Shown: positions 28,837 through 38,848 of the stretch, in pieces
Layout: every line of letters begins with the position of its first letter
Numbering within the stretch: the stretch's first letter is position 1
Virus record (IMG/VR): IMGVR_UViG_3300009161_000023
Coordinates: 32,001 to 96,000 of that record
Source: a virus
DNA length: 64,000 nucleotides
Strand: one strand, 5' to 3'
The notes under the pieces: model-generated
The model's database searches: none
The model's input: the letters and a program-made list of their open reading frames with translations, nothing else
Told to the model about the DNA's origin: nothing
Made by a program: the position numbers and the translations under genes

Positions 28837-28992
28837 TTATTTATTTCTTTTAATTCTTTTATTAACTACTTTTCTAATAATGTTTTTTCTTTGTTCGCTA
28901 TCGCCTCCACATCCACATCCTTGAGGTGAAGGTGGTACAGGTAACGAAGGAGCAATTCTTTTTTTATTTCTTTTTTTATTAAACTTCTGCAT
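28837..28992 (-). CDS. small basic protein MQKFNKKRNKKRIAPSLPVPPSPQGCGCGGDSEQRKNIIRKVVNKRIKRNK
   Basis: Manual translation; 51 aa, below the ORF-track cutoff. Confidence 0.5.
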   Translation of the reverse strand: MQKFNKKRNKKRIAPSLPVPPSPQGCGCGGDSEQRKNIIRKVVNKRIKRNK

Positions 28993-29015
28993 GTAGTATT
29001 TATTGTCAATCAAAT

Positions 29016-29050
29016 AAAAAAGAGCAATTATTTTAAATAATTGCTCTTTT
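29016..29050. terminator. intrinsic terminator
   Basis: AAAAGAGCAATTATTT/AAATAATTGCTCTTTT inverted repeat. Confidence 0.8.
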
Positions 29051-29065
29051 AAATAATTTTAAAAT

Positions 29066-29305
29066 TTATACAGTTGGTTCTTTTGGCAAAACAATGAAGC
29101 TTTTACAGCTTAATTTATTAGCTCTAGCATTACATGCTGATACAATAGCACTTTTGTTTTCATAAAGAGTACAGTTTGTATCTTTTTTCCTAATTTTCGT
29201 TGGCGTTAAACCGCTAATTGTGGCAATTGCTTCGTAGTATTCTTTGCCCTTAACAGTTGTTTTGCGAACTTGAAACTTAATCGTATCTTTAACACAAGTC
29301 TTCAT
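29066..29305 (-). CDS. small basic hypothetical protein
   Basis: AGGAG RBS, followed by a terminator. Confidence 0.6.
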   Translation of the reverse strand: MKTCVKDTIKFQVRKTTVKGKEYYEAIATISGLTPTKIRKKDTNCTLYENKSAIVSACNARANKLSCKSFIVLPKEPTV

Positions 29306-29355
29306 AACGATACTCCTAAAAAAAGGTTATATTCAATTATAGACAATTATTTATT

Positions 29356-29931
29356 TTACACAATAATATTTTTAGAATTTATAACTTCTCTTTTGTTTAA
29401 GGATTTAAATATTTTATTGTTAAAAAATGGAATTAACACTACTTTTCCCAAAGGTCTTTTGTTTTTTTCTTTAAAAGAACAAATAGCATTTACATAAGTT
29501 TTAACAAATAAATCTTTTTTAAAGTTTAATATTTTTTCAATGTTTAAAAATTGAAACAATTCTTCAAAAAAAAAGTTTAAATAATGCTTAAATAATTTAT
29601 CATCATTTATATTTTTTGTATTTATGAAAAACATTAAAGTTTCCCAGTTTACAGTTATAAATTTGTATTTATTTAAAATTATTATAATCGAATTGTAAAA
29701 AAAGGCTTTATTAATTTTAAGTATGGTTAAAAATTGTTTTATAGTAAAAACTATAGTGTTTTTTTTGGAAAAATTATTAAATGTACAAAATTCACATTTA
29801 TTTTTTTTAGTACAAAAATATGTTGGCTTGTAACTTATATCGCAGCAAAAACAAATAAAAAGCTTGTTTTTAATGAAAAATGAATTATTTTCAATTGTTT
29901 TAGGCACAAGAATAATTTGTTCTTTTGACAT
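29356..29931 (-). CDS. hypothetical protein (Cys-rich N-terminus)
   Basis: CFCC...C....CEFC possible Zn finger. Confidence 0.5.
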   Translation of the reverse strand: MSKEQIILVPKTIENNSFFIKNKLFICFCCDISYKPTYFCTKKNKCEFCTFNNFSKKNTIVFTIKQFLTILKINKAFFYNSIIIILNKYKFITVNWETLMFFINTKNINDDKLFKHYLNFFFEELFQFLNIEKILNFKKDLFVKTYVNAICSFKEKNKRPLGKVVLIPFFNNKIFKSLNKREVINSKNIIV

Positions 29932-29959
29932 TTTATTTAATAAAAATTTAAAACAAAAC

Positions 29960-29967
29960 TATAAATA
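29960..29967 (+). promoter_or_regulatory. T4-type late promoter TATAAATA
   Basis: Exact T4 consensus upstream of the 30063 ORF; TAAATA recurs just upstream of many late genes. Confidence 0.45.
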
Positions 29968-30062
29968 GATTAGAAACAATAGTTTATTTTATAACTATAA
30001 TCTTTTAGTATAATTAAAACCTTATAAAACTAAAAGATAAATTTTTTAAAGAAGAGGTAAAA

Positions 30063-30299
30063 ATGTTAACATTTGAAGAATGGGTTCACAGAAGTAATCC
30101 CCTTTTAGCAGAAAAAACATCTAGGGCTGGTATTGCTCATTGGGCTTATCCTCAAGGGTATGTAAGAGCACATTATCCTGCTAGTTATTTTACTCCTATA
30201 GCATCTGATGCTATACAAAAAATGGGTTCGACAGTTAAAGATACTGGTATTGATGTTAAGAAATTTAATTATTCTCAATTCAATGACACCGAATCTTAA
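30063..30299 (+). CDS. small protein with capsid-targeting-like N-terminus (MLTFEEW...LAE)
   Basis: GAGG RBS; exact TATAAATA at 29960-29967 upstream. Confidence 0.65.
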   Translation: MLTFEEWVHRSNPLLAEKTSRAGIAHWAYPQGYVRAHYPASYFTPIASDAIQKMGSTVKDTGIDVKKFNYSQFNDTES

Positions 30300-30317
30300 C
30301 ATTGAAATTTTACATTT

Positions 30318-30349
30318 AAAAAACTTGCATGTTAAGTGCAAGTTTTTTT
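30318..30349. terminator. bidirectional intrinsic terminator
   Basis: AAAAAACTTGCA-tgttaag-TGCAAGTTTTTT between convergent genes. Confidence 0.85.
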
Positions 30350-30352
30350 TAT

Positions 30353-30736
30353 TTAAAAAATAACATTTGAATATTCATCTTCAAAATCATCTTTATTTTC
30401 AACATTAATTACTATAAAATCTTGTATTCCTTTTAATCTAAGTTTATGATCATGACTTAAAATGGATTCAATTGGCTTATTTATTAAATCTGGTACATTA
30501 GTCCAATAAGCCCATTGAGTATCAGAACTAGGATTTTGAAAAACCATATTAAGCTTGTAATACTTATCAAGAATTTTTTCTACTTCTTCTTCTGAAATTC
30601 CAGCTTCTTTTGCTATAGCAGATACGCTTCTCCATTTCCACTTTTTATTTCTTGCTAAACTTTTAAATAATTTTTCTTCTATATCGCCTTGCATTGTACC
30701 TTTTGGGTAAACATCATACCAATTTGAAATATTCAT
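30353..30736 (-). CDS. hypothetical protein, winged-HTH-like
   Basis: WRSVSAIAKEAGISEEEVEKIL. Confidence 0.55.
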   Translation of the reverse strand: MNISNWYDVYPKGTMQGDIEEKLFKSLARNKKWKWRSVSAIAKEAGISEEEVEKILDKYYKLNMVFQNPSSDTQWAYWTNVPDLINKPIESILSHDHKLRLKGIQDFIVINVENKDDFEDEYSNVIF

Positions 30737-30809
30737 ATAATTATCCTTTAAAAAATACTTAATGTTATTATAATAAATTGTTATATAAAAATATTGCTTA
30801 AAGGAAAAA

Positions 30810-31214
30810 ATGAAAAATAAAAAAAATGATTTTAGTGGAAAAGGAGTTTATATATATGAGAACAATACGAATGCAGATTTAATGTTGCCAAAATTAAATA
30901 TGGATAACAAAAAATTTGTTGGTCCTCATAAGATTTTTAAAGGAGATAGTTATTTCCTTAGATTAGTAAAAACAAATGAATTAAAACTAATTCAAGTTAT
31001 TGATAATGGAGAAGAAAAACCTATGAATGAAAATAAATTAATTTTAGATCAGCCTGATATTGTTAAATCCGCTGGTAAAATTGAACATGTGCAAACAAGT
31101 TCTAATGTTCCAATTAATGATTCAAAAAATAATTTAATTGATGATCCAGATGAAAAAAAAGATATATTGTTAAATGAAAATCCTTCTGGAAGCATTGAAA
31201 TTGTTATTAATTAA
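30810..31214 (+). CDS. hypothetical protein
   Basis: AAGGA RBS. Confidence 0.55.
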   Translation: MKNKKNDFSGKGVYIYENNTNADLMLPKLNMDNKKFVGPHKIFKGDSYFLRLVKTNELKLIQVIDNGEEKPMNENKLILDQPDIVKSAGKIEHVQTSSNVPINDSKNNLIDDPDEKKDILLNENPSGSIEIVIN

Positions 31215-31614
31215 ATTTGTGTTTTGAAATTTCAAATTTTGTTAAAATATAATTTTTAAATAAATTTATTTTCTTATATAATCTTTCGTGAAGATTGTAA
31301 TATTCAACTTCATTGAAGTTTATCCAATTGTAATCTAAATGCTCTTCGCTTAGAGTACAGTGAAATTTATTTTTAACTAACATTACATATGTAACAAAAT
31401 ACCTGTTTTTGGTAAAATCAGGAAACTTTCCAATTTCTATGCCTTTAGGAAGAAATCCAATTTCTTCCTTGGTTTCTCTGCAAGCTGTATCCCAGCTGCT
31501 TTCTTTATTTTCTTCTTTTCCTCCTGGTATGCTCCAAATTTTATTTCTTGAATTTTTCAATAAAATTAAGAAACTTTCTCCATTTGTAAAAAATATACCA
31601 GCAGATTTCTTCAA
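31207..31614 (-). CDS. Nudix hydrolase
   Basis: GGKEENKESSWDTACRETKEEIG Nudix box; LSEEH..Y.W. Confidence 0.9.
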   Translation of the reverse strand: MKKSAGIFFTNGESFLILLKNSRNKIWSIPGGKEENKESSWDTACRETKEEIGFLPKGIEIGKFPDFTKNRYFVTYVMLVKNKFHCTLSEEHLDYNWINFNEVEYYNLHERLYKKINLFKNYILTKFEISKHKFN

Positions 31615-32198
31615 TTTTTTGGCCCTCTTTTTAAATTAATACCTTTTAGTTTTTCTTTATGCATGTCTTTTTTATTTTTTAAATCATCCATTATGCTTTT
31701 TAAACTTTTAGTCATACTAGAAGCATTTATTTCTCCGCTAATTTTTTCATTGCTAGTTACAGAAACAGTTTTTTTACTTTTATTATAGAAACCTTTGCTT
31801 AGTACAAACATATCAATTTTATGATTGTAACTTATTAGTCCACACCAGCCTCCATCATCCCAGTTTCTTGCACTTACAATTATTCTATATGGTTCTTCAT
31901 CAAATATTAATTTAACATGATATCCTTCTCTTTTTAAAGCAGCACTTACATATCCAAGTGAAATTTTTGCAAATCCACTTAATGCATCTTCTTTATTTGT
32001 ACGATAATTTATTTCTACAGAATATCTTGTGTGCTCAATTGATTCTGTTATAATATTATTGTTTTCTTTTAAAATATTTGAAAAATATTCTTTGCAAATA
32101 GAAGTAAAGCCTTCTAAATCTTCTTGATTTATATCTTTAACATTATCAAAAAGATCAGAAAAAACTTCTTGTTTATATTGTTTGTAATTTTTCATCAT
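31611..32198 (-). CDS. hypothetical protein with capsid-targeting-like N-terminus
   Basis: MKNYKQYKQE; TAAATA upstream. Confidence 0.55.
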   Translation of the reverse strand: MMKNYKQYKQEVFSDLFDNVKDINQEDLEGFTSICKEYFSNILKENNNIITESIEHTRYSVEINYRTNKEDALSGFAKISLGYVSAALKREGYHVKLIFDEEPYRIIVSARNWDDGGWCGLISYNHKIDMFVLSKGFYNKSKKTVSVTSNEKISGEINASSMTKSLKSIMDDLKNKKDMHKEKLKGINLKRGPKN

Positions 32199-32247
32199 AA
32201 TTTATTTATTGTTAGAACTAAAATATAATAGATAAAAAGGAGAAAAT

Positions 32248-33087
32248 TTGAGTAAAAAATTAACAATAGGATTTGCTTGCTACGATGATGTAGAAGGAGC
32301 ATTTTTTACAATTGGAGCTTTAAAGCTTTATCACAATAAACATGAAAAAGATATTGAAATATTAGTAATTGATGATTTACCTAATAAAACAGAAGGCCTT
32401 CAAGGATTATGTGATATATCAGGAGCAAGATATGTTCATGCTTCTGTAAATAAAGGACCAGCAAGAGCTAAGAATAATGTTTTTCATTATGCAGAAGGTG
32501 AATATGTATTATTGCTAGATAGTCATGTTTTATTATGCGAAAATGCAGTTGATAATATTTTTGATGGTATTTTTTATGATTTAATAAAAAAAGATATGTG
32601 GGTAGGCCCTTTGATAAATGAAAGAGGTAATATTATAGCTACTCATTTAGATCCAAAATGGCGTGGAGCATTTTATGGAACATGGGGAGTAGATGATGAA
32701 ATTGCTAAAGGAACAATGAAAGAAGTCGTAATGCATGGGGCTGCATTTATGCTAATGAAAAAAGAACATTGGCCAAAATTCTCTTCTAATTTTGAGGGTT
32801 TTGCTGGAGAAGAAGGTTATATTCATGAGAAAGTTAGAATGAATGGCGGTAAAGTAATTTGTAATCCAAGATTAAAATGGATGCATAGATTCGTAAGAGG
32901 AAAACCTATTACTTTTAAACTTGATAATACAGATAGAGTTTATAATTTTTTAATTGCATTTCATGAAATAAAATATGATGTAAATGAAGTAATTTCTTTC
33001 TTTAGAAAAGATGAAATGGCTGAAGATATTATTCAAAAAGCAATTGAAAGAGCAGTAAAAGTTTATCCAAATATGTTTAATAAATAA
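32248..33087 (+). CDS. GT2-family glycosyltransferase
   Basis: LTIGFACYD, LVIDD, GPARAKN, LLLDSHV, FEGFAGEEG. Confidence 0.8.
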   Translation: MSKKLTIGFACYDDVEGAFFTIGALKLYHNKHEKDIEILVIDDLPNKTEGLQGLCDISGARYVHASVNKGPARAKNNVFHYAEGEYVLLLDSHVLLCENAVDNIFDGIFYDLIKKDMWVGPLINERGNIIATHLDPKWRGAFYGTWGVDDEIAKGTMKEVVMHGAAFMLMKKEHWPKFSSNFEGFAGEEGYIHEKVRMNGGKVICNPRLKWMHRFVRGKPITFKLDNTDRVYNFLIAFHEIKYDVNEVISFFRKDEMAEDIIQKAIERAVKVYPNMFNK

Positions 33088-33122
33088 TACATACAATTAA
33101 ATTATATTAATGGGAGAATATT

Positions 33123-33569
33123 ATGGCTGATTTAACTTTGGGTCAAAATAACATTTCTGTGGTAGTTAGTGATACCACTGGAAACATGGCTATAGTTAAT
33201 ACAGGTGGTGATTCTGGTAATTCTTTGACAACATTTGAAAGTTCCCGAGGTCAAAAATTAGCATCTGACTCTATACCAGTTGTTATATGTAATGAACAAG
33301 CAATACAAAGTTATTTTATAACAGACCAAATAACAGTTGGATTATCAGTTGTACAACTTTCTTCAAATATAATTGAAAATTCAATTAATATAAAAGCAAG
33401 TAATTCAAACAATGGAAATATTTACATTGGCAATTCAAATTCATTGACAATATCAAATGGATATGAATTAGTTGCAGGCGAAAGCATTACCTTACCTATA
33501 ATTAATTCAAATTTAATATATTTAATAGCAAATTTAGATAGTCAAAAAGTTTCTTTTATAGGTTCTTAA
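33123..33569 (+). CDS. probable virion structural protein
   Basis: IKASNSNNGNIYIG...GYELVAGESITL...IYLI motif common in phage structural proteins. Confidence 0.55.
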   Translation: MADLTLGQNNISVVVSDTTGNMAIVNTGGDSGNSLTTFESSRGQKLASDSIPVVICNEQAIQSYFITDQITVGLSVVQLSSNIIENSINIKASNSNNGNIYIGNSNSLTISNGYELVAGESITLPIINSNLIYLIANLDSQKVSFIGS

Positions 33570-34395
33570 ATTTAAGAACAGCATTAAACTTTCTTATATT
33601 AAATAATTTTTTCATTAAAGCATCAACTTCTTTAATGTCATCTAATATTTTCTTAGTAAGATTATCTATATCTTTTTGCAATTTAGAATTTTCTTTTTTA
33701 ATTTTATTAATTTTTGTTTGCAGTTTACCAATGCAAGATTGGTTTCCATTGCATTGTGATAATGCATTATTTAAATTGTTTAAATTAGTAGCGTTAGCTT
33801 CAAATTTGGCACCTACATTAAACTTATCAATTTTTGTATTTATTATAGATTCTAAAAGCTTAGTTAATTTATTAAGACTTCCTCCTAAATTATTTTGATC
33901 GTTACGGTCTAGATTTTTTATAAAATCATCTATATTTGTTTGTAAACATTTATTGTCATTGCAATCTCTTAATTTTGAAATAACTGCATTAACTTTACTT
34001 ATGGTTTTAGATTTATTAACATTTCTAATTTTATTCATACCACCACCCATACCACCCATACCACTCCTACCACCACCCATACCACCGCCCATACCCATGC
34101 CCATACCACCGCCCATACCACCGCCCATACCACCGCCCATACCACCGCCCATGCCCATGCCTCCCATACCATTCATGCCACCGCCCATACCACCGCCCAT
34201 GCCCATGCCTCCCATACCATTCATGCCACCGCCCATACCACCACCGCCACCGCCACTACCGCCACTACCGCCACTACCGCCTCTGCCAGCTTTACCATTA
34301 GAGGCAACGCCCCCATGTTTAATCGTGTAATGAATCATGCCAACATTATTTGTGTTTTTTAAATTTTTTAATTTTTCAATCTTTTTATTATTCAT
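33556..34395 (-). CDS. Gly/Met-rich low-complexity protein with coiled-coil C-terminus
   Basis: GGMGGG repeats. Confidence 0.55.
   Translation of the reverse strand: MNNKKIEKLKNLKNTNNVGMIHYTIKHGGVASNGKAGRGGSGGSGGSGGGGGGMGGGMNGMGGMGMGGGMGGGMNGMGGMGMGGGMGGGMGGGMGGGMGMGMGGGMGGGRSGMGGMGGGMNKIRNVNKSKTISKVNAVISKLRDCNDNKCLQTNIDDFIKNLDRNDQNNLGGSLNKLTKLLESIINTKIDKFNVGAKFEANATNLNNLNNALSQCNGNQSCIGKLQTKINKIKKENSKLQKDIDNLTKKILDDIKEVDALMKKLFNIRKFNAVLKFKNL
34040..34280. repeat. GGM-coding tandem repeats
   Basis: ccaccgcccata/cccatg arrays. Confidence 0.9.
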
Positions 34396-34437
34396 GATTT
34401 TCCTTTTTAAAGTTTATTATACAAAGCAATCAAGAAA

Positions 34438-35340
34438 CTACCCCCAAGTAGGTCCAAGTACATCACCAAATCTTGTTAAAAGTCTTTCTTCCCAGTCTTT
34501 TTTCTCTTGTAATCCTTCTGCAAGAATTGTGTCTCCATCTAGTGTTATTCCTCCGTTAGGCCCTGGAGGATTTTTTATTTTACTTCTAATTCTACCTAAC
34601 ATAATTTTTGCAAATGCTATAGCTCCTTCTTGCATAGCTTGAGTGACACGATTCCAATCTTTATTTTTTTGAATATAATCAACTATAACACTGTTGCTTC
34701 TCATTGGAATTGGATAAATTTTAATAGTATCATAACTTCCATACCATTCCCAACCACCTGTATTACTTGCTATATTAGAATACATTTGTTCATATTGTTT
34801 ATAAAGAACCCATTCTCCCATATGCCCCCAAATAGGTTGTAATGGATCAATCATGCCACCTTGAATAGAATTGTATGCACCGCCTGGATAAAAATACTCT
34901 ATTGGTATTGCTCCGCCTAAATCGCTAGCAGAAAAATTAAAACTTGGAACATCTTTATAAGAAACTTGTCTGATATATCCTACTTCTGGAGGCATTTTAT
35001 AAATGCTTTTACCAGGAGTAGTATTAAAAACATAGAATTGGAAGTATTCTCTTGGAGCGTAATCTTCTAAAACTTGCAAAGAAAGATCTACACATGCATC
35101 TAATTGTTGTTGATCTAATTCAATTTGAATAACAGGAGCACCTAGCATTAGAAGCACATAATCTTTTATTTGTTCAATAACTTTGCTTCTATTTTTTCTT
35201 GATCCTAATTCATTTTTACATAAAGGATCAGAAACTCCTAAATTTGAATTTGAAGAATCTGTGCATTTATAATTAGCATTAGATTGATTTGATCTAGAAA
35301 AATACATCATATTATTGTTAATCATATTAATATATATCAT
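34438..35340 (-). CDS. gp13: gp13-like neck protein
   Basis: IKDYVLLMLGAPVIQIELDQQQL..C...SL; YKMP; K..LG..RSK...PGP.GGITLDG..I..EG. Confidence 0.85.
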   Translation of the reverse strand: MIYINMINNNMMYFSRSNQSNANYKCTDSSNSNLGVSDPLCKNELGSRKNRSKVIEQIKDYVLLMLGAPVIQIELDQQQLDACVDLSLQVLEDYAPREYFQFYVFNTTPGKSIYKMPPEVGYIRQVSYKDVPSFNFSASDLGGAIPIEYFYPGGAYNSIQGGMIDPLQPIWGHMGEWVLYKQYEQMYSNIASNTGGWEWYGSYDTIKIYPIPMRSNSVIVDYIQKNKDWNRVTQAMQEGAIAFAKIMLGRIRSKIKNPPGPNGGITLDGDTILAEGLQEKKDWEERLLTRFGDVLGPTWG

Positions 35341-35369
35341 GCAATGTTTAAATTATTAAGAGGTTAATT

Positions 35370-38300
35370 ATGTTGAAGAAATTTTATGAGTGGAATTTTT
35401 TTATAAATGAATACAAAGATTCTAGTTATCTAGAAGAAAAAGATAATTATTATAAGAATTTGTTAAATGAAGCTACCCAAGGAAATGTTACTAAAGAAAC
35501 AATTCCTCATTTATTTTCAGATGATACTATAAAATTCTTGTATCAATTTAACCCTGATTATTGGGATCAAGCTGAATATGAAAGATATCAAATTCTTTAT
35601 GAGGCTATGGTAAAAAGACAGGCTTATTATAATGATTTTTTGCTAGAGTACATCGAAGAAGAAAAACAAAAATTAATAAAGATTTTTGATGAACAAAAAG
35701 AAATGACTAAAATCTACTTTAGTAATTCTATTACTGAAACTATTATTAATCATTGTGCTCAAAAAGCTGCTTTTGAAAAAATAAATACAGAAAAGATAAA
35801 TGATTGGTGGAATGATACTTCAGAAAATGGTGGTAGTCAATATTTAAAATCTGATTTTTCAGTTAAGGTTGGCCCTAAAAGTACTAAAACAGGAGAAGTT
35901 TTTCATGAATATAAAATTAATTTGTTTTTAAAAGAAATGATTAAAAGAATTGAAAAAGATCCTAATAGTTCTTCTGGTGCCGACTTAAGTTTTCCACAGG
36001 AATGGCATGTGATTAACTCAAGAAGTGGTAAAAACGAAACTATAAAAAGATTTGCTGGCATGTTATTACCAACGCTTATAGCAATACAGAACAATATTGT
36101 AATTTGGAAAAATTCCGTTGCTAATAATATGTTATCCACAGAAAACCCAGAACACGGTGTAACACACCATGTTACTCATTTAAAAGCAAAAAAAAGCGAA
36201 AGTCCTTTGAAGGCTGAAATAAAATACACTTCAGAAGGCAAAGAAAATATAGAATTGTATGAAATCGAAGAGGCTATTCTTACGAAAGAATTAAGAAGAC
36301 TACTTGATCGTAATAACTGGGTTTTTGAAGAAAAAGAAAATACAAAACTAATTTCAAAATTAGAAAAAGAATTAACATCATTACCAGAAGGTTCAGAGAA
36401 AACAGGAATAAAAGAAAGAATTAAAAGTTTATTAGAAAAAAAGAAAGGTGTTTATAATGCTTTTATAATTGATTTTAAAAATACATTTCCATTTGCACAA
36501 AAAGTTTTTGAAAATATAGATAGTAGTTTTAAAATTTCTGATGGTGGTAAAATAGTATTAAATAATCCTCAAATATTTTTTGATAAAATAGTTAATTTAG
36601 ATGCAGAAGATAGAAAGGCTTTATCTTATATTGGGTCACATATAGAAGGAATTAAATCAGAAAGTGATAAAAAGAAAAAGAAAGATGAAGACCCAAGAAT
36701 AAAATATAATAAAGTAATAGATGTTGCTAAAAAAGATTTTATTGATATTTTTAAAGATCAAACTTTAGCTAATAGTTTTAATAATTTAATGGTAACAAAA
36801 CAACTTTTAGATTGGGTTAGAGATAAGAATATAAAATCTTTTAATCCTATTACTAAAGAAGAAGAATATGCTGAGATAGATGAAGATGGAAATGTAAAAT
36901 TTCCAAAAGTTTACATGCCAACATTTAGCAAACATGTTACATTTACTAACAATAAAAATGGTGAAGAAGTAACAAAAGAAGTCTCGATGCCATTATTAAT
37001 AGCAGGTAAAATTTTAAAAGAAAAATCAAGAGAAGAATTATTGCAAGATGATAAAGAAGAAGATACTGGTGCTGGTATGTGGAATCCTTACCATGGAAAA
37101 TATCAAAAAAGATATTTTGATAGATCGAGAGATATCTATGCTGGTATTCAAGGGCAAGAAGATAAGATTAAAGGAGGTTTAAGACCAAATCAGAATATTG
37201 AATCCTTTGAATTTATGTGTCCTTCTGAAAATGACAAAGAAAAATTAGATAATTTTTGGAGTAGATTGAAAAAAATTATTACAGAAAACGGAAATTTATC
37301 AACAGTTAAAGTTAAAACAAGTTCTGATTTGAAAACTCTTTTAGATAAAGATGTACCAAAAGAAGATAAAAAACATTTATACCCAGAATTAATTTTTAAC
37401 TCAGGATCTTCTGGTTCTTTAAAAGAAAAGAATACCGTAATTACTGGCATAGCAGAAATAATATGGAATTATTTAAAAGTTAATATTATTGAAGATCAAA
37501 AAGCTTTGACTCCTGAAAGAATTGTTGCAGCGTCAAATTTTATCAATATTTATAATTTAATAATGTCAAAAATACTTTCTAACATTGGCGATGTTGAAAT
37601 GATGGATAAGAAATATTTGAAAAAGTTTATCATAGATAAAATGCAGCTTTTTACACAACAAAATTTAATACCTGAAAGGAAAGGAAGGGCTACTAGAAAT
37701 GAAGATCCAAAAGAAGGCGATAAATTAAAATCATTTGAAGACCCTGATAAAATTTTACAAAAAGGTTATGCAACTTACAATATAGAAAAATATGTAAATG
37801 CATTGCAACAATATGCCTTGCATTTGTGTAGAAAACCAGCTGGAGAAGATGTTATATCTTGTGGAAAATGCGTAGATCCAATTGATGGAAAATGCGAAAT
37901 ATTTATGGATGGAGAAGAGTATAAAAATGATTTGCATAAAATTTCAAGCCTTTTAAAAGAACATGATAAGGTAGTTAGAAAAGTTTATAAAAAACCTACT
38001 TCTACTTCTACTTCTGCTTCTCCTGTTATTTCACGCACTGCTATTGCTGCTCCTTCGCCAACTCTAGCACCTCCTTCATCAACACTTGCACCTCCTTCAT
38101 CAACACTTGCACCTCCTTCATCAACACTTGCACCAACGCTAGCACCAACGCTAACTCCTTCTATTTTACCTGCTGCAAAACCTGTTGCTGATTTAACTCC
38201 TGCTTTGCCTCAAGAAAAAGAATATATAATGCATATTGAAAAAGAAGTTATGGAGATATTAGTTAAAAGAATGTTATCTTCTATGGAAAACGAAAGACTT

Positions 38301-38567
38301 AAGTTAGCTCAAAAAAGATATCAAAAAATGAAAGACGCTTACGAGGATGATTATATGAGCGATGAAAAAAAAGATGAATTAATTGAAGCACATGAAAATG
38401 AATATAACGATTTAATAAAAGGTTTAGAATTTGATAAAGAATCTCTAAAATTAAAACTTTCTAAATTTAAAAATGAAATTCAGGATTTTCAAACATTTGT
38501 AAATTCTATAATTAAAACTTATAATATGAAAGACATTGAAGAAGGAATTTCAAAAGACAAGGTATAA
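35370..38567 (+). CDS. large hypothetical protein (1065 aa) with capsid-targeting-like leader
   Basis: MLKKFYEWNFFINE; TLAPPSS repeats near the C-terminus. Confidence 0.65.
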   Translation: MLKKFYEWNFFINEYKDSSYLEEKDNYYKNLLNEATQGNVTKETIPHLFSDDTIKFLYQFNPDYWDQAEYERYQILYEAMVKRQAYYNDFLLEYIEEEKQKLIKIFDEQKEMTKIYFSNSITETIINHCAQKAAFEKINTEKINDWWNDTSENGGSQYLKSDFSVKVGPKSTKTGEVFHEYKINLFLKEMIKRIEKDPNSSSGADLSFPQEWHVINSRSGKNETIKRFAGMLLPTLIAIQNNIVIWKNSVANNMLSTENPEHGVTHHVTHLKAKKSESPLKAEIKYTSEGKENIELYEIEEAILTKELRRLLDRNNWVFEEKENTKLISKLEKELTSLPEGSEKTGIKERIKSLLEKKKGVYNAFIIDFKNTFPFAQKVFENIDSSFKISDGGKIVLNNPQIFFDKIVNLDAEDRKALSYIGSHIEGIKSESDKKKKKDEDPRIKYNKVIDVAKKDFIDIFKDQTLANSFNNLMVTKQLLDWVRDKNIKSFNPITKEEEYAEIDEDGNVKFPKVYMPTFSKHVTFTNNKNGEEVTKEVSMPLLIAGKILKEKSREELLQDDKEEDTGAGMWNPYHGKYQKRYFDRSRDIYAGIQGQEDKIKGGLRPNQNIESFEFMCPSENDKEKLDNFWSRLKKIITENGNLSTVKVKTSSDLKTLLDKDVPKEDKKHLYPELIFNSGSSGSLKEKNTVITGIAEIIWNYLKVNIIEDQKALTPERIVAASNFINIYNLIMSKILSNIGDVEMMDKKYLKKFIIDKMQLFTQQNLIPERKGRATRNEDPKEGDKLKSFEDPDKILQKGYATYNIEKYVNALQQYALHLCRKPAGEDVISCGKCVDPIDGKCEIFMDGEEYKNDLHKISSLLKEHDKVVRKVYKKPTSTSTSASPVISRTAIAAPSPTLAPPSSTLAPPSSTLAPPSSTLAPTLAPTLTPSILPAAKPVADLTPALPQEKEYIMHIEKEVMEILVKRMLSSMENERLKLAQKRYQKMKDAYEDDYMSDEKKDELIEAHENEYNDLIKGLEFDKESLKLKLSKFKNEIQDFQTFVNSIIKTYNMKDIEEGISKDKV
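38062..38150. repeat. 21-bp tandem repeat x3 (TLAPPSS)
   Basis: cacctccttcatcaacacttg repeated. Confidence 0.9.
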
Positions 38568-38572
38568 AATAA

Positions 38573-38848
38573 ATGAAAAACAATTCTTTTAATAATAATT
38601 TTGATACTCCTTTGAAAAATAAGATATTAAATGATTTTATTAAAAATTTAATTGGTAACAAAGGACTAGATCACAAAGAAATTTTAGCAAGATTGGCTAA
38701 TTTTTTAGTAATAGATAAAGACATGGAATCTTTTGCATCATTATGTAATGATATTTTTATTACTGGTTATTCAAAAGCTGTTTATCAATATAAAGAAAAA
38801 ATTGAAGAAAAAGGATTTAAGTTTAATATTACAAATCCTCAAAACTAG
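38573..38848 (+). CDS. hypothetical protein
   Basis: ORF track. Confidence 0.55.
   Translation: MKNNSFNNNFDTPLKNKILNDFIKNLIGNKGLDHKEILARLANFLVIDKDMESFASLCNDIFITGYSKAVYQYKEKIEEKGFKFNITNPQN

Noticed and set aside
33953-34330. Poly-Pro ORF on the plus strand
   Set aside because: Antisense shadow of the GGM repeat.
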